64,000 nt of DNA from an uncultured Gammaproteobacteria bacterium (GCA_964441315.1 CAYTUN010000001.1:12807-76806); one strand, 5' to 3'; shown: positions 19,747 through 30,075, counted from the first letter of the stretch. Notes: generated from the letters alone by a model not told the origin. Translations and numbers: made by a program.

Positions 19747-20877
19747 TTATTTTTTCATGGAATCGCTGGGGGGAACAAGCTTCTCCAAGCTCTGATGAAA
19801 TTCTTCCAGAAATTTTTTAAAACGACCATCATTATCTTCAACCCAACTTAATTGCTCTTGGTTATATTTATCTGTTCCCTCATTACCAAAGGTGGAAATA
19901 TAAAATGATTTTATAGCACTTGTATATTGATCGTATAAATCTTTAGCTTTTGGGTCTGCTTTGGTTTCTTGGATTTTTTCCAAGCTTTGCATAAAATCGC
20001 TTATAGATTTAATGGTATCTTCAACTGACAATGACCGCAAAGTTTGTAATATTATTGCGCAATTTTTAGTTACTGTTTCATTAAGGACACTGTTTTTTTT
20101 GAAATTTTTCGGATCAGATATACTTAATAAATCACCCTTTACTTTTGATTTTCCGCTCATAAAGGACTTCAAAGCGATTTGTGTTCTTTGGAATCTCGTA
20201 TTTTCTTTCTCAACTGACTCTATAACCTGATCTTCTTCATCAGAAGAAGCTTTCATTTCTTTTTCTTTTAATTGAATAGTATTTGAAATCGGATCGTAAA
20301 GTATTTCTTCTATCATTTTTAGCCAACCAAAATCTATATAAGCTTTAGCAGCCAAATCTGATAATAGTATTATATTATTATCTTCTTCTCTTTTAAAAGG
20401 CTGTAATGAATCCTGAATATAAAGAGTATAGGCAATATATTCGTCTAAGTAAGTTTTGCTATTTGTGTCTAAATTTTGTAATGAAAAAATCAATTCTGGT
20501 TTTTCTTCTTTTAACGATTCAATTATAATTCTTATATTACTACCCAGGATATGACGTCGGACTTCTTTTGTTATTGCTGCATTTTGCTTAAGAAAATTTT
20601 CTTTTAATGATTTTATAGTTTCTGAATATAGTGTTAAAAACAATTCTTTATTTTTGTCTCTATGTTTATTTTCCAAGTCATTTAATTCATCTAGAAATTT
20701 CTTAGATTTACTGAGATTCAATCGCATTTCATCTAATATTTTTTTATAGGATTCTTTTTTTTCTTCTGTTTGAAATTTAATGCCTTTAAAGTCTTTTGTA
20801 TTTTGTCTTAATGCATCATATCTAGACTTATACTCTTCTGATATTTCTTTAGCACTTTTTGATTTTTCTTCTGACAT
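19747..20877 (-). CDS. hypothetical Lys/Glu-rich coiled-coil protein (376 aa); effector-like
   Basis: Highly charged, predicted coiled-coil, no signal peptide; low GC; followed by a 35-bp perfect hairpin plus U-run. Confidence 0.55.
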   Translation of the reverse strand: MSEEKSKSAKEISEEYKSRYDALRQNTKDFKGIKFQTEEKKESYKKILDEMRLNLSKSKKFLDELNDLENKHRDKNKELFLTLYSETIKSLKENFLKQNAAITKEVRRHILGSNIRIIIESLKEEKPELIFSLQNLDTNSKTYLDEYIAYTLYIQDSLQPFKREEDNNIILLSDLAAKAYIDFGWLKMIEEILYDPISNTIQLKEKEMKASSDEEDQVIESVEKENTRFQRTQIALKSFMSGKSKVKGDLLSISDPKNFKKNSVLNETVTKNCAIILQTLRSLSVEDTIKSISDFMQSLEKIQETKADPKAKDLYDQYTSAIKSFYISTFGNEGTDKYNQEQLSWVEDNDGRFKKFLEEFHQSLEKLVPPSDSMKK

Positions 20878-21248
20878 ATATCTAACCTTCGATTTTTTAA
20901 CTAATTATTGTTAAGACATGTAAACCCTAATCAACACAAAGAACGCATATGAGATTAAGTTTTAAGGATAAAACCATTAACAATTTAAACCGATAATGCT
21001 TAAAATTTTATTAATTAATGCGTAAGTTTCTGATTTTTTGATAACAAAGCCCATGATCAGATCTTTACATTCCTTTCACTATTTCGCAGCCATTAACACA
21101 TTATCCATACCCCTGAAACCACCTTGCCACCCCCACCCCACTACTATAAAATCCACCACCTACCTCGCCCGCAACATCGCTTGCAATGATTTTCATCAAG
21201 GCGAATTCCTATATTTATCAAAATCTTCACACTCCCTCAAGGACCCGC

Positions 21249-22493
21249 GTGATTAAAACACTGGCAATTATAGGCTCCGGTATTTCCGGGTTGACTTGCG
21301 CTTATTATTTGGGGCAGCGCTATCGGGTTTCCTTGTTTGAAAAAAATGCCTATTTGGGCGGGCATACTTGCACAGTTGATGTGAAAGCGGCGGATGGGGA
21401 TTATGCGATTGATACGGGGTTTATTGTTTGCAATGACCGCAATTATCCGGAATTTATGAAATTGATGAAGCAATTTGGTTGCGAATTGCTGCGGACGGAA
21501 ATGAGTTTTTCGGTTAAATCGGAGCGGTTTAAGCTGGAATATAAGGGAAAAAATTTGGCGACGATGTTCGCGCAAAAACGGCAATTATTCAATCCGGCGT
21601 TTTATGGTTTCATCGGCGATATTTTGCGGTTTAATCGGGATGCAAAATCACTGATTAAAAATCCAGTGAATTTAACTTTGAAAGATTTTTTGGCGAATAA
21701 TCGTTATGCCAAATTGTTGCGTGAAGGTTATTTGATTCCGATGTGTCAGGCGATTTGGTCTTCTGATCGGGAAGAAATCTTGAATGCCGATATGCAATTT
21801 TTAAGCCGGTTTTTTGCGCATCATGGTTTGCTCGACCTGACTAACCGGCCGCGCTGGTATACGCTTAAAAATGGCGCGCGAAGTTATATTCCGCATTTTA
21901 TTCAACATTGCTATGGCGGCATTTATTTAAATACGGCGGTCAAAGCGGTGCGGCGCACGGAAAATGGCGTGGTGCTACAAACGAGCGCTGGTGAGCAAAT
22001 TTTTGATGCGGTCATATTTGCCAGCCATAGCGATCAAAGTTTGCAAATGCTGAGTGATGCCACAACGGCAGAAAGAGAAATTTTAGGCGCTATCCGTTAT
22101 CAACCGAATGAAGTTGTATTGCATCATGATGCGCGCGTCATGCCAAGCCAGAAGGCGGCTTGGGCGAGCTGGAATTATGCGGATGAATTTATGCAGCCGC
22201 ATGCAACGCTGACTTATCATATGAATCGATTGCAATCGCTTGCCAGCGAGAAAAATTATTTTGTGACGATGAACCAAAGCAGTAAAATCGCGCCGGATAA
22301 AATTCATTTCAAAACTTGCTATGAACATCCAGTGCTCAATCAAAGCGCCTCACAAGCACAGCGCAATTACAGTGAAATCAACGGCAAAAACCGCAGTTTT
22401 TTTTGCGGCGCTTATTGGGGCAATGGTTTTCACGAAGATGGCGTCGTAAGCGCTTTAAAAGTGATTGAAGCGATTGAGGCCACTCATGTTTAG
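21249..22493 (+). CDS. FAD-dependent amine oxidase-like oxidoreductase (NAD(P)/FAD-binding)
   Basis: Rossmann GxGxxG near the N-terminus ([13 protein letters not shown]); amine-oxidase-family profile; first gene of the conserved oxidase-DUF1365-CFA synthase cluster; GTG start at 21249 preferred over the longer ATG at 21186. Confidence 0.75.
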   Translation: MIKTLAIIGSGISGLTCAYYLGQRYRVSLFEKNAYLGGHTCTVDVKAADGDYAIDTGFIVCNDRNYPEFMKLMKQFGCELLRTEMSFSVKSERFKLEYKGKNLATMFAQKRQLFNPAFYGFIGDILRFNRDAKSLIKNPVNLTLKDFLANNRYAKLLREGYLIPMCQAIWSSDREEILNADMQFLSRFFAHHGLLDLTNRPRWYTLKNGARSYIPHFIQHCYGGIYLNTAVKAVRRTENGVVLQTSAGEQIFDAVIFASHSDQSLQMLSDATTAEREILGAIRYQPNEVVLHHDARVMPSQKAAWASWNYADEFMQPHATLTYHMNRLQSLASEKNYFVTMNQSSKIAPDKIHFKTCYEHPVLNQSASQAQRNYSEINGKNRSFFCGAYWGNGFHEDGVVSALKVIEAIEATHV

Positions 22494-23226
22494 TAATTGT
22501 TTGATGATCGGCAAAATGCGCCATCGCCGCTTCAAAACAAAACCGCATGAATTTCATTACCGCATGCTAATGTTTTATGTCGATTGCGCGCAATTTGAAA
22601 CTTTAAACAGCCATTTGCCCTGGTTTATCCGATTCAAACGCCAGCAGCATTTTTATCATGAAACGGGAAAATTATTTGATACGGTTAAAAATTGGATAAA
22701 AATAAAAACTGGCGACGATCATATCAATAAAATTTTTTTGCTGACGCAGCCGGCTTATTTTGGTTATTGCATGAACCCGATCAGTATTTATTTTATTTTC
22801 AATCAAGAAAATAAAATGTCGCATTTAATTTTAGAAGTCAATAATACGCCTTGGGGTGAGCAACATTGCTATTTATTGTCGGAATTAGAGTTAATTTCAG
22901 ACAACACGTGGCAAACTGAATTTACTAAGGCGCTACATGTTTCGCCATTTTTAACAATGGATTATTGCTATCGAATGAAATTTACTTTTAAGGACGATAA
23001 AATCGTCATGCATATTGAAAATTGGCAGGGAGAAAATAAGGATTTTGATGCAACGCTGCAATTGGCGGCCAAAGAGTGGAGCCGTAAAAATATTGTTTAT
23101 TTTTGCTGGCAATATCCGCTGATGACTTTTAAAACGATTTTCGCAATTTATTGGCAGGCAATGCGGCTTTGGCTGAAGCGCGTGCCATTTGTTCCTTACT
23201 CAAAACGAAAGGGACCGGAATGTTAA
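22486..23226 (+). CDS. DUF1365 family protein
   Basis: N-terminal GKMRHRRF…[17 protein letters not shown] matches the DUF1365 signature; start ATG overlaps the upstream stop (ATGTTTAG); conserved partner of CFA synthase. Confidence 0.75.
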   Translation: MFSNCLMIGKMRHRRFKTKPHEFHYRMLMFYVDCAQFETLNSHLPWFIRFKRQQHFYHETGKLFDTVKNWIKIKTGDDHINKIFLLTQPAYFGYCMNPISIYFIFNQENKMSHLILEVNNTPWGEQHCYLLSELELISDNTWQTEFTKALHVSPFLTMDYCYRMKFTFKDDKIVMHIENWQGENKDFDATLQLAAKEWSRKNIVYFCWQYPLMTFKTIFAIYWQAMRLWLKRVPFVPYSKRKGPEC

Positions 23227-24410
23227 ATTCGATTTTTAAAAAATTAGTATTGAGCTATTTAAAAAAATTGCATTTTGGCAGAATAAAACTGATTGATGAA
23301 AATCAGCAGGAACATTATTTTGGCAAAATGGATCAGCCATTTGCTGAAATTAAAATCTATCAACATTCTTTTTATCAAAGCATCATCACGCGTGGCGTGA
23401 TCGGTGTCGCTGAAGCTTATATGAAAGCCGATTGGGATTGTGCTCATTTAAGCAATCTCGTTGAAATTTGCCTGGTTAATTATAAATCGAATGATTTATT
23501 AAAGTTTTTATCGGCTGTAAAAGCTTATTTCACGGTACCTCTGAGTTTTTTTAATCGCAATACGCCAGTTAATACAAAGAAGCAGATTCACGCGCATTAC
23601 GATCTTAGCAATGATTTTTTTCAGCTGTTTCTTGATTCGCACTTGATGTATTCGGCTGCCTATTTTGCAGAAGATCATATGAATTTGGAGCAGGCATCGC
23701 TTAAAAAAATGCAACGCATTTGTGAGCTTATGCAATTATCGGCAAACGATCAGGCGCTGGAAATTGGCAGTGGCTGGGGCGGATTTGCCACTTATGCTTT
23801 GCTGAATTATGGCTGTGCGTTAACGACAACCACCATTTCAGCGGAGCAATATGCTTATTTCCAGCGAAAAATTTCAGCTAATCCCGCGTTAAAGCCGATT
23901 AAATTAATTCAACAAGATTACCGCGCATTAAAAGGCCAATATAATAAAATTATTTCAATCGAAATGCTGGAAGCCGTCGGCCACCATTATTTCAAACGAT
24001 TTTTTAGCCAATGCGATCAATTACTCAAACCCGAAGGCAAGCTTTTTATTCAAACGATTTTAATTAATGATCAAACTTACACCGAAGCAAAATATAAAAA
24101 TGATTTTATTAAAAAATATATCTTCCCAGGCGGCTGCCTACCCTCTTTAGCCACGATTTTACAAATCACTAAAAGCAAAACCGCGCTGCGCCTCATCGAT
24201 TTAAAAGATATCGGCCAGGATTACGTAAAAACGCTACAAGCCTGGCTAAACCAGTTCGAGAGCCGCTTAGCCGAAGTGCGCCAACTCGGTTTCAACGAAT
24301 CATTTATCCGTATGTGGCGTTTTTATTTATGCTATTGTCAAGCAGGGTTCAAAACACGGTATATTACCGATGTCCAACTTTTATTTGATAAACCTAAAAT
24401 ACTTATTTAG
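23220..24410 (+). CDS. cfa: cyclopropane-fatty-acyl-phospholipid synthase
   Basis: SAM-binding motif [11 protein letters not shown]; CFA-synthase C-terminal region; ATGTTAA overlap with the DUF1365 stop. Confidence 0.85.
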   Translation: MLNSIFKKLVLSYLKKLHFGRIKLIDENQQEHYFGKMDQPFAEIKIYQHSFYQSIITRGVIGVAEAYMKADWDCAHLSNLVEICLVNYKSNDLLKFLSAVKAYFTVPLSFFNRNTPVNTKKQIHAHYDLSNDFFQLFLDSHLMYSAAYFAEDHMNLEQASLKKMQRICELMQLSANDQALEIGSGWGGFATYALLNYGCALTTTTISAEQYAYFQRKISANPALKPIKLIQQDYRALKGQYNKIISIEMLEAVGHHYFKRFFSQCDQLLKPEGKLFIQTILINDQTYTEAKYKNDFIKKYIFPGGCLPSLATILQITKSKTALRLIDLKDIGQDYVKTLQAWLNQFESRLAEVRQLGFNESFIRMWRFYLCYCQAGFKTRYITDVQLLFDKPKILI

Positions 24411-24417
24411 CAATACC

Positions 24418-24441
24418 TTGCCGCAAGCGGCAAATTATTGA
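24418..24441 (+). terminator. GNRA-tetraloop hairpin (ttgccgCAAgcggcaa) downstream of cfa
   Basis: Perfect 6-bp stem with GCAA loop 8 nt after the cfa stop, followed by a T-rich tract. Confidence 0.4.
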
Positions 24442-24532
24442 AATGTAGTAAAAATGTATTATAAGTCAGTCAGTGGCAGCGAACATCAGCAACGCCATTG
24501 TTAATTTCGAAGAAATTAAAAGGAGTCTTGAA

Positions 24533-25300
24533 ATGCTTAAATTATTTTTGTTAGTCTGGTTACTGATTATCATCATCATGTTAGGCGTTTGGTTATTTTA
24601 CCGTATATTAAATAATCCCACCGTCGTTGATGTCGGCTGGACAGCGGGCTTGGTCATTTCCGGCTTCATTTATTTATTTGCTAATGCTTTCAATGCAAGG
24701 CTTTGCTTGATTGCGGCTTTATTATTAATTTGGGGCCTCAGGCTTGGCGGCTTTTTGTTTCAGACGCGTCTTAGAAAAGGCGTGGTAGATAAACGCTATG
24801 TGGAATTAAGCGCTAATTGGAAAATCGCCAAATCCTTAGGCTTTTTTTTGAATTTTCAGCTGCAAGGCGTTTTCGTTATGCTGGTCTCGCTGCCATTTTT
24901 ATGGATCGGGAGTGATGCCAGCGCGCAATTAAATTGGCTTGATGCAATCGCTGTTATTTTGATTTTATTTGCCATATTGGCGGAATCGGTTGCCGATTAT
25001 CAACTTTACGCATTTCAACAAAGTAAAAATCCTGGCGTCTGTAATAAAGGCCTATGGCAATATTCACGTCATCCGAATTATTTTTTTGAATGGTGCGTCT
25101 GGCTCGGTTTTAGTTTATTTGCTTTAAATAGCTGGCCGGGGTTGTTTGCGTTGATCTCGCCGCTCACGCTTTATTTAATTATGACAAAAATTACCGGGCC
25201 TATTACTGAAAAAGGTTCGTTAGCGTCACGTGGCGATGCCTATGTGGCATATCAACGTAATACGCCAATGTTTTTCCCAAATTTTTTCCGGAAAAAATAA
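24533..25300 (+). CDS. DUF1295 family membrane protein (steroid 5-alpha-reductase / isoprenylcysteine carboxyl methyltransferase-like fold)
   Basis: Multi-TM protein; AGGAG RBS 6 nt before the ATG at 24533; conserved between the two CFA-synthase-family genes. Confidence 0.75.
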   Translation: MLKLFLLVWLLIIIIMLGVWLFYRILNNPTVVDVGWTAGLVISGFIYLFANAFNARLCLIAALLLIWGLRLGGFLFQTRLRKGVVDKRYVELSANWKIAKSLGFFLNFQLQGVFVMLVSLPFLWIGSDASAQLNWLDAIAVILILFAILAESVADYQLYAFQQSKNPGVCNKGLWQYSRHPNYFFEWCVWLGFSLFALNSWPGLFALISPLTLYLIMTKITGPITEKGSLASRGDAYVAYQRNTPMFFPNFFRKK

Positions 25301-26313
25301 TGCTGGATTTTCTGCTAAAAAATAATTTATTGCCTGATAATTTGCTAAAGCTCGGTATTCGCTTGCAATTAGCAAAGCGTATCAAGGCAGAAAATGCCTT
25401 GATACAATCCAATCCAAAACATCATCAGGAATTATTAGACTCCTTTAAAAATGCGCCAATTGCCATCGCTACTGATGCCTCTTTATCACAGCATTACGCT
25501 GTACCGACCGGATTTTTTAAGCTGGTGTTAGGGCAGCATTTAAAATACAGCGCCGCTTATTGGGAATCTGCCAAGGATTTACATCAAGCTGAAGAAGCGA
25601 TGCTTTCGCTCTATTGCGAGCGCTTAAAAATTGAAGACGGAGACAAGATCCTGGATTTAGGTTGTGGCTGGGGCGCAACTACTTTATATATCGCAATGCG
25701 CTTCCCCAAAGCGCATGTCACCGCACTTTCCCATTCAAAAACACAAGCCGATTATATTAATGATCAGGCAAAAAAAATGCGTTTAACGAATATTAAAACC
25801 ATGACGGTTGATATCAATCAAGCAGAGCTGGATCCGGTATTTGATAAAATCATCTCGATTGAGATGTTTGAACATGTGCGCAATCATGCGGCTTTATTAA
25901 AAAAACTGGCGCAGGCTTTAAAGCCAGGCGGTAAATTATTTGTCCATCATTTTTGTCATCGCAAGCTACTTTATTTATTCGAGAATGAAAAAAGCTGGAT
26001 GGCAAAGCATTTTTTTAGTGGCGGCATGATGCCGAATTTTCATTATTTGAAGAATTTTACCGAAGATTTTTTGCTCTCTCAGTATTGGGAAATTAATGGC
26101 CTGCATTATCAAAAAACTGCTTTAGCTTGGCTGGACAATTTAAACAAAAATAAATCTTCAATTATAAAATTATTTTCTGAAAATCAAATTCAGCAAGCCG
26201 AATTATATTGGCAATATTGGCGTTTATTTTTTCTTTCATGCGCGGAATTGTTTGGTTACAATCAGGGCCGCGATTGGTTTGTGGGACATTATTTATTGAT
26301 CAGGAAAGCTTAA
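25300..26313 (+). CDS. CFA-synthase-family SAM-dependent methyltransferase (second paralogue)
   Basis: SAM motif LDLGCGWGATTLY; shorter N-terminus than the upstream cfa; start overlaps the DUF1295 stop. Confidence 0.8.
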   Translation: MLDFLLKNNLLPDNLLKLGIRLQLAKRIKAENALIQSNPKHHQELLDSFKNAPIAIATDASLSQHYAVPTGFFKLVLGQHLKYSAAYWESAKDLHQAEEAMLSLYCERLKIEDGDKILDLGCGWGATTLYIAMRFPKAHVTALSHSKTQADYINDQAKKMRLTNIKTMTVDINQAELDPVFDKIISIEMFEHVRNHAALLKKLAQALKPGGKLFVHHFCHRKLLYLFENEKSWMAKHFFSGGMMPNFHYLKNFTEDFLLSQYWEINGLHYQKTALAWLDNLNKNKSSIIKLFSENQIQQAELYWQYWRLFFLSCAELFGYNQGRDWFVGHYLLIRKA

Positions 26314-26316
26314 ATC

Positions 26317-26997
26317 ATGAAAGTACTTTTTATTCTGACCTCTGCTGACAAAATTGGTAAGGAAAACAAACCGACGGGTTTTTGGTATGAAGAATTGACC
26401 ATCCCTTACTACGAATTAATCGACAAAGGTTTCCAAGTGGATTTCGCCTCGCCCAATGGCGGCAAGCCGCCATATGATCCGAATAGCTTGGCTGCGGATA
26501 TTTATCCGGTTTCAGTTGAGCGCTTTTTGAAAGATGTGAAAGTGCAACAGCAATTTCAGCATAGCCACAAAATTTCCCGGGTGAATTTCGATCGTTACCA
26601 AGCGGTGTTTTTTCCGGGCGGGCACGGGGCGGTAGTGGATTTGCCGAAAGATAAGGATTTAGCGGAAAAATTAGGCGCTTTTTTTGAGAAAGGCAAAATT
26701 GTGGCTGCGGTCTGTCATGGCCCGGGAGCTTTGATTTCGGCGCGTAAAAGTGATGGCAAATCGATTTTGTATGAAAGGAAAGTTAGCTGTTTTACGAATA
26801 CTGAAGAAGAAAAAACGCATTTGAAGGATGATGTGCCGTTTTTGTTGGAAGATAAGGTGGTTGATTGCGGGGCGCGGTTTGAGCGCGGTGAAGATTTTGA
26901 GGAGTTTGCGGTGCGTGATCGGAATTTAATTACGGGGCAAAATCCGGCTTCTTCGAGGAAGGTGGCGGAGTTGTTGGTGGGGGCGTTAAGGAAATAA
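26317..26997 (+). CDS. DJ-1/PfpI-family protein (class I glutamine amidotransferase-like)
   Basis: Nucleophile-elbow cysteine in AAVCHGPGAL; family-typical 226-aa size. Confidence 0.8.
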   Translation: MKVLFILTSADKIGKENKPTGFWYEELTIPYYELIDKGFQVDFASPNGGKPPYDPNSLAADIYPVSVERFLKDVKVQQQFQHSHKISRVNFDRYQAVFFPGGHGAVVDLPKDKDLAEKLGAFFEKGKIVAAVCHGPGALISARKSDGKSILYERKVSCFTNTEEEKTHLKDDVPFLLEDKVVDCGARFERGEDFEEFAVRDRNLITGQNPASSRKVAELLVGALRK

Positions 26998-27030
26998 CAG
27001 GGATCAAGCTTTTGAAAAGTATTTTAGATC

Positions 27031-27212
27031 ACCCCTCATCCGGCCCGTTGGGCCACCTTCTCCCGCAAGGGGAGAAGGACAACTTCGTGAACATCTGCCG
27101 ATACAAATAAACTTAAATGCCATGAAATAAACCTTGTTATGAAAGGCTATTGAAATTTGAAGAGACCCTTCTCCCCTTGCGGGAGAAGGTGCCCGTAAGG
27201 GCGGATGAGGGG
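27031..27212. mobile_element. MITE family A copy 2
   Basis: TIRs acccctcatccggcccgttgggccaccttctcccgcaaggggagaagg / ccttctccccttgcgggagaaggtgcccgtaagggcggatgaggggt; the inverted repeat extends outward (gaaaagtattttagatc / gatctaaaatacttttc). Confidence 0.8.
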
Positions 27213-27346
27213 TGATCTAAAATACTTTTCGAAAAACCTTACCTTGATGTCAAAGCTGCATAATTTGATTAAATTTAAAAAATGTATTTTTATCACATAG
27301 AGCATAAAAAAAATCCTATTGCCAGAGATGGGTAACGTAACCTAAT

Positions 27347-28096
27347 TTACACCACCGGCGTCGTCTGCAAACGCGACAAGCCACCATCTACTGCAAACAC
27401 CTGCCCACTGATCCAATCATTCGCTGGATCCAGTAAAAATAAAATCATGCGCGCGATATCTTCAGGCTCACCTAATCTGCCTAATGGATGCGAAGCAAGC
27501 GAGATTTTGCGGGCTTTTTCGGTTTTAGTGATGTGTTCTGACATCGGTGTTTGCACCAAACCCGGGGCGACGCAGTTAAAGCGCAAATGGTTTGCGGCGT
27601 ATGTGGCGGCAGCTGCTTGCATTAAACCGATAACGCCAGCTTTAGCGGCAGCGATGGCTTCATGATAAGGCATGCCAGTCAAGCAAGCAGCGGTGGTCAT
27701 TAATACGACTGAGCCGCCTTTTTTCATCATTTGTTTGCTGGCAGAACGGACACAGGCGAATGCGGAAGTTAAATTTTGCGCGATCGTTTCTTCCCATTCT
27801 TTTAACGTTAATAAATGCGCGGGTTTTAGCATAATATTGCCGGCTAAATTTACCACACCATAAATATCTGGATATTGTTTAAATATTTCCGCAAAAAAAT
27901 TTTCGACTGCTTCGACATTGGTTGCGTCCACTGTTTTATAAGGCATGTCATATTGCTCAGCTAGTATTTTTAATTTCGCTTCATCACGCGCTGCTAAATA
28001 AACTGTTGCCCCTGCTTCACAAAGCATTTTTGTCAGTGCTGATCCGATGCCACCACTTGCACCAATAATTAAATATTGCCGATTTTGTACTGCCAT
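27347..28096 (-). CDS. short-chain dehydrogenase/reductase (SDR)
   Basis: N-terminal IIGASGGIGSA (TGxxxGxG) and SDR fold; start moved to the ATG at 28096, preceded by TAAGGAGA RBS (ORF-track start at 28174 lies inside a repeat). Confidence 0.85.
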   Translation of the reverse strand: MAVQNRQYLIIGASGGIGSALTKMLCEAGATVYLAARDEAKLKILAEQYDMPYKTVDATNVEAVENFFAEIFKQYPDIYGVVNLAGNIMLKPAHLLTLKEWEETIAQNLTSAFACVRSASKQMMKKGGSVVLMTTAACLTGMPYHEAIAAAKAGVIGLMQAAAATYAANHLRFNCVAPGLVQTPMSEHITKTEKARKISLASHPLGRLGEPEDIARMILFLLDPANDWISGQVFAVDGGLSRLQTTPVV

Positions 28097-28113
28097 TTTA
28101 TTTCTCCTTAGTA

Positions 28114-28275
28114 GGGTCTGCTGACAATTGCCTTTTCTACTGCAAAAAGCAAGGGTTGGCCAAAATCGCATCAAATTTTCGTTACATAGAATAACTATGC
28201 CGCCTCAAATTTGATGCGATTTTGACTCAACCCTTACTTTTTTCGTCACGAAAAGGCAATTGTCATCAGACCCTA
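28114..28275. mobile_element. nested-palindrome MITE family C copy 1 (ggtctgctgacaattgccttttc…gcaaaaagcaagggttg…)
   Basis: About 160-bp element with outer and inner inverted repeats; lies between the photolyase stop and the SDR start and supplies the photolyase stop codon. Confidence 0.75.
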
Positions 28276-29699
28276 ATTTTTTGATAAAGCAAAAGCGCGC
28301 GTTCGCGCGCTAAGGTGTGATCGACGATTGGGGCTGGGTAATTTTCACCCAGTTTTATACCGGCTTTTTTTAATATGTCTTCGGGGGCTTCCCAGGGTTT
28401 ATGGATGTATGGCGCTGGTAGATTTTTTAATTCGGGTAGCCAGTGGCGGATGTATTTTCCTTCTTTGTCGAACTTTTCCGATTGTAATGTCGGATTAAAA
28501 ATTCGGAAATAAGGGGCGGCATCAGCGCCACTGCCAGCGACCCATTGCCAGCTGGCGGCATTATTGGCTAAATCGGCGTCGACTAAAGTGTTCCAGAAAA
28601 AATCCTGGCCGTGTCGCCAATCAATTAATAAATCCTTGATTAAAAAAGAACCGGTAATCATGCGCAGCCGATTATGCATCCAGCCAATTTGCCATAATTG
28701 ACGCATGCCGGCGTCAACGATGGGATAGCCGGTTTCACCCCGCTGCCAACACTTTAATAATTTTTCATGATGCTGCCATTGAAAATTATCAAATTCGGAG
28801 CGGAAATTTTTTTTATCTAATTCAGGGAAATGGTATAAAAGATGATAGGAAAATTCGCGCCAGATAATTTGTGATAAAAATTTATCAAAGCCATTGGCTT
28901 TAATTTTAGTTTGTTGTTTAAAATTTTCGGTGTGATACCAGACTTGTTTCGGGCTGATTTCGCCTAAATGCAAATGTGGTGATAATTGCGAAACGCCATT
29001 TTCGCCAGGGAAATCGCGCATATTGCCATAATCAGCGGCATGGTTTTCTAAAAATGCTTGCAATTTTTTTAGCGCGGCAGTTTCACCAATTTGCCAATAG
29101 CTCTCAAATGCTTTTGCCCAATTGAGTTTAGTCGGCAGTAATTGCCAATCCTGTAATTGCTCGGATGCAATTGAATTAATAGTGTTAATTTTACGTGGCG
29201 CTGGCAATGGATTTAATTCGGGTAAATTGATCAAGCAATTTTTGTAAAAAGGTGTATAAACTTTAAAAGAACCCCCTAAGGAATTTTGCACTTTCCAGGG
29301 TTCAAATAATAAAGCGGTTTGAAAGGACTTAGCTTGGCAACCGGTTTTTTCTAGCTGCTTTTTAATTTCGGTATCACGCGCTATCGCATAGGGTTCATAG
29401 CAACGGTTCCAATAAACCGCATCGGCTTGAGTTTCTTGAAGGATTTTTTCTAATACCGTCAAACAATTTCCCGAGCGCAAAATTAATTTGGCATTTTTTT
29501 TTTCAAGCGCTTCATTTAATGAATTTAAGCTATGATGCAACCACCACTGTTGCGCTTCTCCCATCGGCCAGGGATTATTTTTATCACGTTCATAAATATA
29601 AAGCGGCACAATTTTTTCGGCAGCATCTATTGCCGCTGCTAAAGCAGGATTATCTGCTAAACGCAGATCTTGACGGAACCAAACGATGATTGTCTTCAT
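28266..29699 (-). CDS. phrB: deoxyribodipyrimidine photolyase (cryptochrome/photolyase family)
   Basis: N-terminal photolyase domain (IVWFRQDLRLADNPAL); C-terminal FAD-binding domain with WREF and GWMHNRLRM motifs; start at the internal ATG 29699. Confidence 0.9.
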   Translation of the reverse strand: MKTIIVWFRQDLRLADNPALAAAIDAAEKIVPLYIYERDKNNPWPMGEAQQWWLHHSLNSLNEALEKKNAKLILRSGNCLTVLEKILQETQADAVYWNRCYEPYAIARDTEIKKQLEKTGCQAKSFQTALLFEPWKVQNSLGGSFKVYTPFYKNCLINLPELNPLPAPRKINTINSIASEQLQDWQLLPTKLNWAKAFESYWQIGETAALKKLQAFLENHAADYGNMRDFPGENGVSQLSPHLHLGEISPKQVWYHTENFKQQTKIKANGFDKFLSQIIWREFSYHLLYHFPELDKKNFRSEFDNFQWQHHEKLLKCWQRGETGYPIVDAGMRQLWQIGWMHNRLRMITGSFLIKDLLIDWRHGQDFFWNTLVDADLANNAASWQWVAGSGADAAPYFRIFNPTLQSEKFDKEGKYIRHWLPELKNLPAPYIHKPWEAPEDILKKAGIKLGENYPAPIVDHTLARERALLLYQKIRV

Positions 29700-29924
29700 A
29701 AGCATTAGACTTCCATTTAATTTTTTCAGCGGAAACGCTGAAAACACTATACCAATGATGTTTTAGTGATATGAAAAATTCAAATAGTTGGTAAAAACAA
29801 TATCTTAACAAACGCCAAGCCCTATGTCCCGCCTAGTTCTACAAGCACTCACTTTTGCAGTGAAAACCGCTGAAAATGATTAATTTTCATAATGAGATAT
29901 AATTCAGCAACAGTGCCATTCGTT

Positions 29925-30032
29925 GTCAGGAGATTGCCGCGCTTTGCTCGCAATGACAAATGAGTGGCTTTTCGCTCGTAATGACAAGGCTTCCTTTTTG
30001 TCATTGCGAGCGAAGCGCGGCAATCTCCTGAC
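29925..30032. repeat. palindromic element family B copy 1 (gtcaggagattgccgcg…gtcattgcgagcg…cggcaatctcctgac)
   Basis: About 108-bp imperfect palindrome immediately upstream of blc. Confidence 0.8.
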
Positions 30033-30075
30033 TAAAACTAGCAGCAGATTATTTACAAACTCCAATGGAAAAAAC

